From Balanoglossus misakiensis (taxonomy: Eukaryota; Animalia; Hemichordata): a stretch of 64,000 nt of DNA. Location of the stretch: positions 3,908,156 through 3,972,155 of the forward strand of contig CM082588.2 in NCBI GenBank assembly GCA_040954595.2, written 5' to 3'. Made by a program: the position numbers and the translations under genes. Position 1 is the first letter of the stretch; every line of letters begins with the position of its first letter. The notes under the pieces were generated by a model that saw only the letters and a program-made list of their open reading frames with translations, searched no databases and was not told where the DNA came from. This document shows, one piece after another, positions 60,151-64,000 of the stretch.

Positions 60151-61860
60151 CTACGTGAACGTGTCCGGCTTTTCTTCAAATTCCCAATTTTTCCAGAAGC
60201 ATAGATTATTTTCGAACAGGAGATGGGGGTCTCGCTTCCGTCTTGCTTCGGTTTGAAATCGATACGGTCCGTATTTCTCCGTTTCCGTCCTGTTGTGGCC
60301 GATGGTAACATCGGTGCAGACGGCACTCTTGGCCTTGCCGACGGCATCCAGCCAAAATTCCTCGTGTCCGGCGTAAATGAAGCCCGGCTCGAAACCGATG
60401 CGTCGCATAACAGCCGTTTTCGCCATGAAAAAATTGTTCAACATTTCGCCCCAGACGCATTGTGGGTAACCGGGGACTTTTCTCTGGTCGACGCCTATGG
60501 CGCTGTGCACGCCGGTCGCGCAGATCCCGTTATCCTCGTCCGCGGCGAACTTGAACATGTAATCGAGCGATATCAAACGTTCAACCGGCGCTGACACAAT
60601 GTCAAGTTCTAGGTCTTTGTCCTCCAGCTTTTCGAGCAAGAGCTCCAGGCGGGTGTCGTCGGTGAACACAAAGTCGTCATCGGCGAACACGAAGAATTTT
60701 GTGCGCACCTGGCTCAGGGCTAGGTTCCTCCCTGCGAAACAGCCGTCTCGGAACGGCATGGTGAAGTGCTTCACGTTCGGCTCGTCGACAACTTCGGGGA
60801 ATTCCGAGTCGTCGGCGATGATTATAGGAACCGCCGGGTAAAACTTGCGCACGCTCGCCACGAACCTGTCCAGACAGTCGTACCGTTCGAAAGTCTTCGT
60901 GATGACGGTCACTTTGGACGCAATGTCGCCAGCCTCCCCAGGGTCGATCATGTCCGGCAGGGGTTGTCTCCGAATGTGGACGTTGATGAAATTACTGAAA
61001 TTCAGAAAACTTATTTCAAGTCTGTCATATTTGTCCACGTGAAAGCAATTGCTAGTGTAAATTATTTTATCAATAATTTCATTAAGTCTATCCAGGTTCC
61101 CACCTGCAGTAGAAATGCCCAGCATATCTGTCTCGTCGCCTTGGAGACGGAAGCCATCCAAAAGCTCTGGTGCCAGATTTTCAGAAATGTGTAAACTTCC
61201 GAAATAATTTACAGACCGGATGATAAAATGTAGTTCGCGTTCGTCGTATTTCAACGCATGTATTACCGATTCATGGACGGATAACCCGACAACAGGGACT
61301 GCTTGGAACGGTTCAACTGTTATACCGCTGCCGACGTAGCTTAGCGGGGCCATCGCCAGACACTTCACCATCGGTTGCCGTTTCCTCTCAACTCCCTCCT
61401 CCCAGTCTTTTCCCTCGGCAAGGCGTCGGCGATTCACGTCGTTTTTCCAGAGCCACTTCGGGGGTTCGGGGCACTGGCATTTCAGGTGGAACTTGTCGGC
61501 CTGGTCGCGCAGTGACCGCTCCTCTGATTCGGTGAAGGCGTTCCGTTCCTTCAAGACGTCCGCCATCGACAGCGCAGAGGCCTCCGGCCAATCTTCAAAA
61601 TCCACGTCCCCATCAGAATGCAAACCGTCGTTTGCAGACGACGTCACCCCCGTGACGTTTCCCTGTCGGATGGCGAAATGGACGGCTTTTGGGTCCACGA
61701 TACTTATACACGAGCAGTTTTGATTCGATATCAACACGGATATGTACGCAAGAAACGTCACATTTAGTATCATTAAAACCAATAGAAATTTGTGTCTCTT
61801 AAACATAGACATAGCCATTGACCGCCGTATAAGATTCTGGATAGAAAGAAATACTACCAT
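60151..61860 (-). CDS. B4GALNT1: Intronless beta-1,4-N-acetylgalactosaminyltransferase 1/2-like (GM2/GD2 or Sda synthase family) type-II Golgi protein
   Basis: 569-aa ORF (the start may be the downstream MAMSM). N-terminal TM FLLVLMILNVTFLAYISVLI. Family motifs CQC, PLSYVGSGITVEP, VTVITKTFERYDCL, IIIADDS, MPFRDGCFAGRNLALSQVRTK, DxD in FADDDFVF, NFFMAKT and HEEFW. Confidence 0.88.
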   Translation of the reverse strand: MVVFLSIQNLIRRSMAMSMFKRHKFLLVLMILNVTFLAYISVLISNQNCSCISIVDPKAVHFAIRQGNVTGVTSSANDGLHSDGDVDFEDWPEASALSMADVLKERNAFTESEERSLRDQADKFHLKCQCPEPPKWLWKNDVNRRRLAEGKDWEEGVERKRQPMVKCLAMAPLSYVGSGITVEPFQAVPVVGLSVHESVIHALKYDERELHFIIRSVNYFGSLHISENLAPELLDGFRLQGDETDMLGISTAGGNLDRLNEIIDKIIYTSNCFHVDKYDRLEISFLNFSNFINVHIRRQPLPDMIDPGEAGDIASKVTVITKTFERYDCLDRFVASVRKFYPAVPIIIADDSEFPEVVDEPNVKHFTMPFRDGCFAGRNLALSQVRTKFFVFADDDFVFTDDTRLELLLEKLEDKDLELDIVSAPVERLISLDYMFKFAADEDNGICATGVHSAIGVDQRKVPGYPQCVWGEMLNNFFMAKTAVMRRIGFEPGFIYAGHEEFWLDAVGKAKSAVCTDVTIGHNRTETEKYGPYRFQTEARRKRDPHLLFENNLCFWKNWEFEEKPDTFT

Positions 61861-62261
61861 TCGGGCGAAAATATCATTCGACGATCGACAAAAGGACCAT
61901 AGGGCCTACACATATATTTGCGTGTAACAGGTGGCGGATTAACGCCGTTGCATATTATTCTCCATGGCAACCGTAGACAATGCAGAGCCCAGATTAACAC
62001 GCGAGTTTTCTAGTTATGATCGGTTTGTGTTACAATTTAGCCTACACAGAATTCAAATACAATGAAACACAAGACGCTACAAAACAGGAAGATCAACCCA
62101 AATTGCTTGATATATTTTTCATTACAACCTCGAGATACACAAGCGCAAAATCAATGAAAACGTCGGTATTTCAGCAATTACAAACCGACTACAGAGGGCG
62201 CCAAGCCAGACCACCCAGCACAGCGAAATGCGCATGTGCAATGTTACCAAAACCAAACAAG
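61861..62261. promoter_or_regulatory. Compact bidirectional promoter between B4GALNT-like (-) and SYF2 (+)
   Basis: Head-to-head ATGs about 400 bp apart. NRF1-like TGCGCATGTGCA at 62229-62240, YY1-like CAAGATGGCG over the SYF2 ATG, RFX half-site CCATGGCAAC at 61962. Confidence 0.6.
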
Positions 62262-63753
62262 ATGGCGTCGGTGAGTAAAAAACACTTCCGCATTCACCAT
62301 GTTCACGTTTATTTTGTCGTTTTTCGTGGCGGTACCTTAACGTCGAACCCTGAATTGAAGCTCAGTGTATGTCTGTTGATATAGAGTAGCCACCACGATG
62401 ACAGGTTTATGTCGTTTGGGTATTTTCGTTCGGAATTCATTAAGTGTTGTTGCGATGTCGCAGTACATCATAGAAACTGTTCATATCATCTTCTTCCACT
62501 GGGTACACATTCCAGACATCATCAGTCAGTGGTCCATCCACGTCAGCGGGGCCGTCGAGCAGTGGTGAACAAACAGCAGCACAGAAGAAAGCGGAACGAA
62601 TGAAGAAACTAAGAGCATTGCATCTCCGAAGGGTAAATATCAAACAAGATTAGATTTTGTAGGCAAACACACACTGATCATGGGAGCAGACGCTTTCCAA
62701 TCTCCCCATTCATGATTGTGATTGTTTACATGTACGTTTCTGTTGTCCAGAATGAAGCCCGTAAAATGAACCACGCGGAAGTGGTGGAGGAAGACAAAAG
62801 AAACAAGCTGCCGGCAAATTTTGAAGCCAAACGAAAACGAGCTGAATGGGAGCTGGAAGACCAGAAGAAAAGAGCGGTAAGAGGGAAAGTTATCATTGGT
62901 GCTTTTCGTCACCAGTGTTAAAAGAAACACTCTGCCAGGATACCCAAAGTCAGTTCGAATTTCTACACTCAAGCCCTGTCAAGATTGTAGATTTTTGATG
63001 ATGATGATGATGATTGGACACTATCTGATAGTATTGTTGGCATATTTGTTTTAAAAGTTGTCTTGTATTTTTCCTATAGGAAGCAGAGGCAAGAGGGGAG
63101 GATTATGACCGCACGAAACTCCTGGAAATATCAGCAGAGGATGCAGAAAAATGGGATAAGAAGAAGAAAAAGAAGAACCCAGACCAGGGTTTTGCAGGTG
63201 GGAATATGGCGCAGGAATATTTGTGTTTTATAACAACTTGCAGAATTTGCCGTCTATGTGGGTTTGACTGCAACACAAGCAGGTATCTTTATTGAGGGCG
63301 AATGCAAGGTTTCATGGAAGTCATTTTCTTGTGAAGTTGTTTTAAATCACGCACAACTTGTTACAAGTGGAACTTGTGGGATATGTTGACATGTATTTGA
63401 TTATTCCACTTACTAGATTACGAGCAGGCCACATTCAGGCAGTATCAGAGACTGACAAAACAGATGAAACCAGACATGGAGAAATATGACGAAATTAAAG
63501 AAAAGATGTAAGTTTGTGTGCGTGTATGGGCGTGAGGGTCTGGAGGAAATGGACTACACATATTAAATTTCATTCATTGATTTTTATACTTTTTTGAAGA
63601 TTCTTACTCATACTGTCACTTTTCTGTTGTTAACATTTGCCGTTTGTTTTCCAGAGGAGAAGATTTATATCCAACGGTTGATTCACTGCCACAGCATGAA
63701 CACAAAGACACGGAAGCGGGCATTGATAGGATGGTAACAGACCTTGAAAAACA
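62262..63753 (+). CDS. SYF2: Pre-mRNA splicing factor SYF2 (first six coding exons; the gene continues beyond the window)
   Basis: Exons 62262-62270 (MAS), 62516-62632 ([19 protein letters not shown]), 62751-62876 ([27 protein letters not shown]), 63080-63197 ([29 protein letters not shown]), 63417-63507 ([20 protein letters not shown]) and 63655-63753 ([11 protein letters not shown]). Confidence 0.95.
62996..63014. repeat. (GAT)n microsatellite in a SYF2 intron
   Basis: tgatgatgatgatgatgat. Confidence 0.7.
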
Positions 63754-64000
63754 GTGAGTATTTTTTCTGTTATATTTGAGACCCAAAATGAGAATCCTGT
63801 CTCTTCCATGTTAACATGAGGCTTTCCTCTGGCTGATACCAACCAGATTGCAGGCAAGCAAGTCTCCCTGTGTTCCAGTTTCCAGTGAAATGCTTTTCCG
63901 CACCATGCAACCACATTGCAATATTTGATGAGAAATGTTGTTGTAAATGTGTTGACTGATGTCGATTTTATTGGTGTTCATATCAGTGCTCGATTGCCAG

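Overview
This is eukaryotic genomic DNA from an invertebrate animal; gene content and intron style suggest a non-vertebrate deuterostome such as a hemichordate, echinoderm or amphioxus (inference). The left 26 kb holds a tandem array of four co-oriented genes, each with a single coding exon, for type-I membrane proteins with three Ig domains (nectin/CADM/Kirrel-like V-C2-I fold). Their cytoplasmic tails are very different, and two carry a paired ITIM+ITSM. Next is a 6-exon minus-strand nicotinic acetylcholine receptor alpha-type subunit (499 aa by my exon assembly). Its Cys-loop, vicinal cysteines and cation-selective GEK filter are intact, but four of the five acetylcholine-binding aromatic residues are replaced by charged residues. 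The right half contains a 26-exon SLC12 K-Cl cotransporter with two U12-type introns, an 8-exon ACP6-like acid phosphatase, a duplicated ~400-bp promoter-like element, an intronless B4GALNT1/2-like glycosyltransferase and the first six exons of SYF2. All exon models were read by eye from GT-AG boundaries and frame continuity; no database searches were run.
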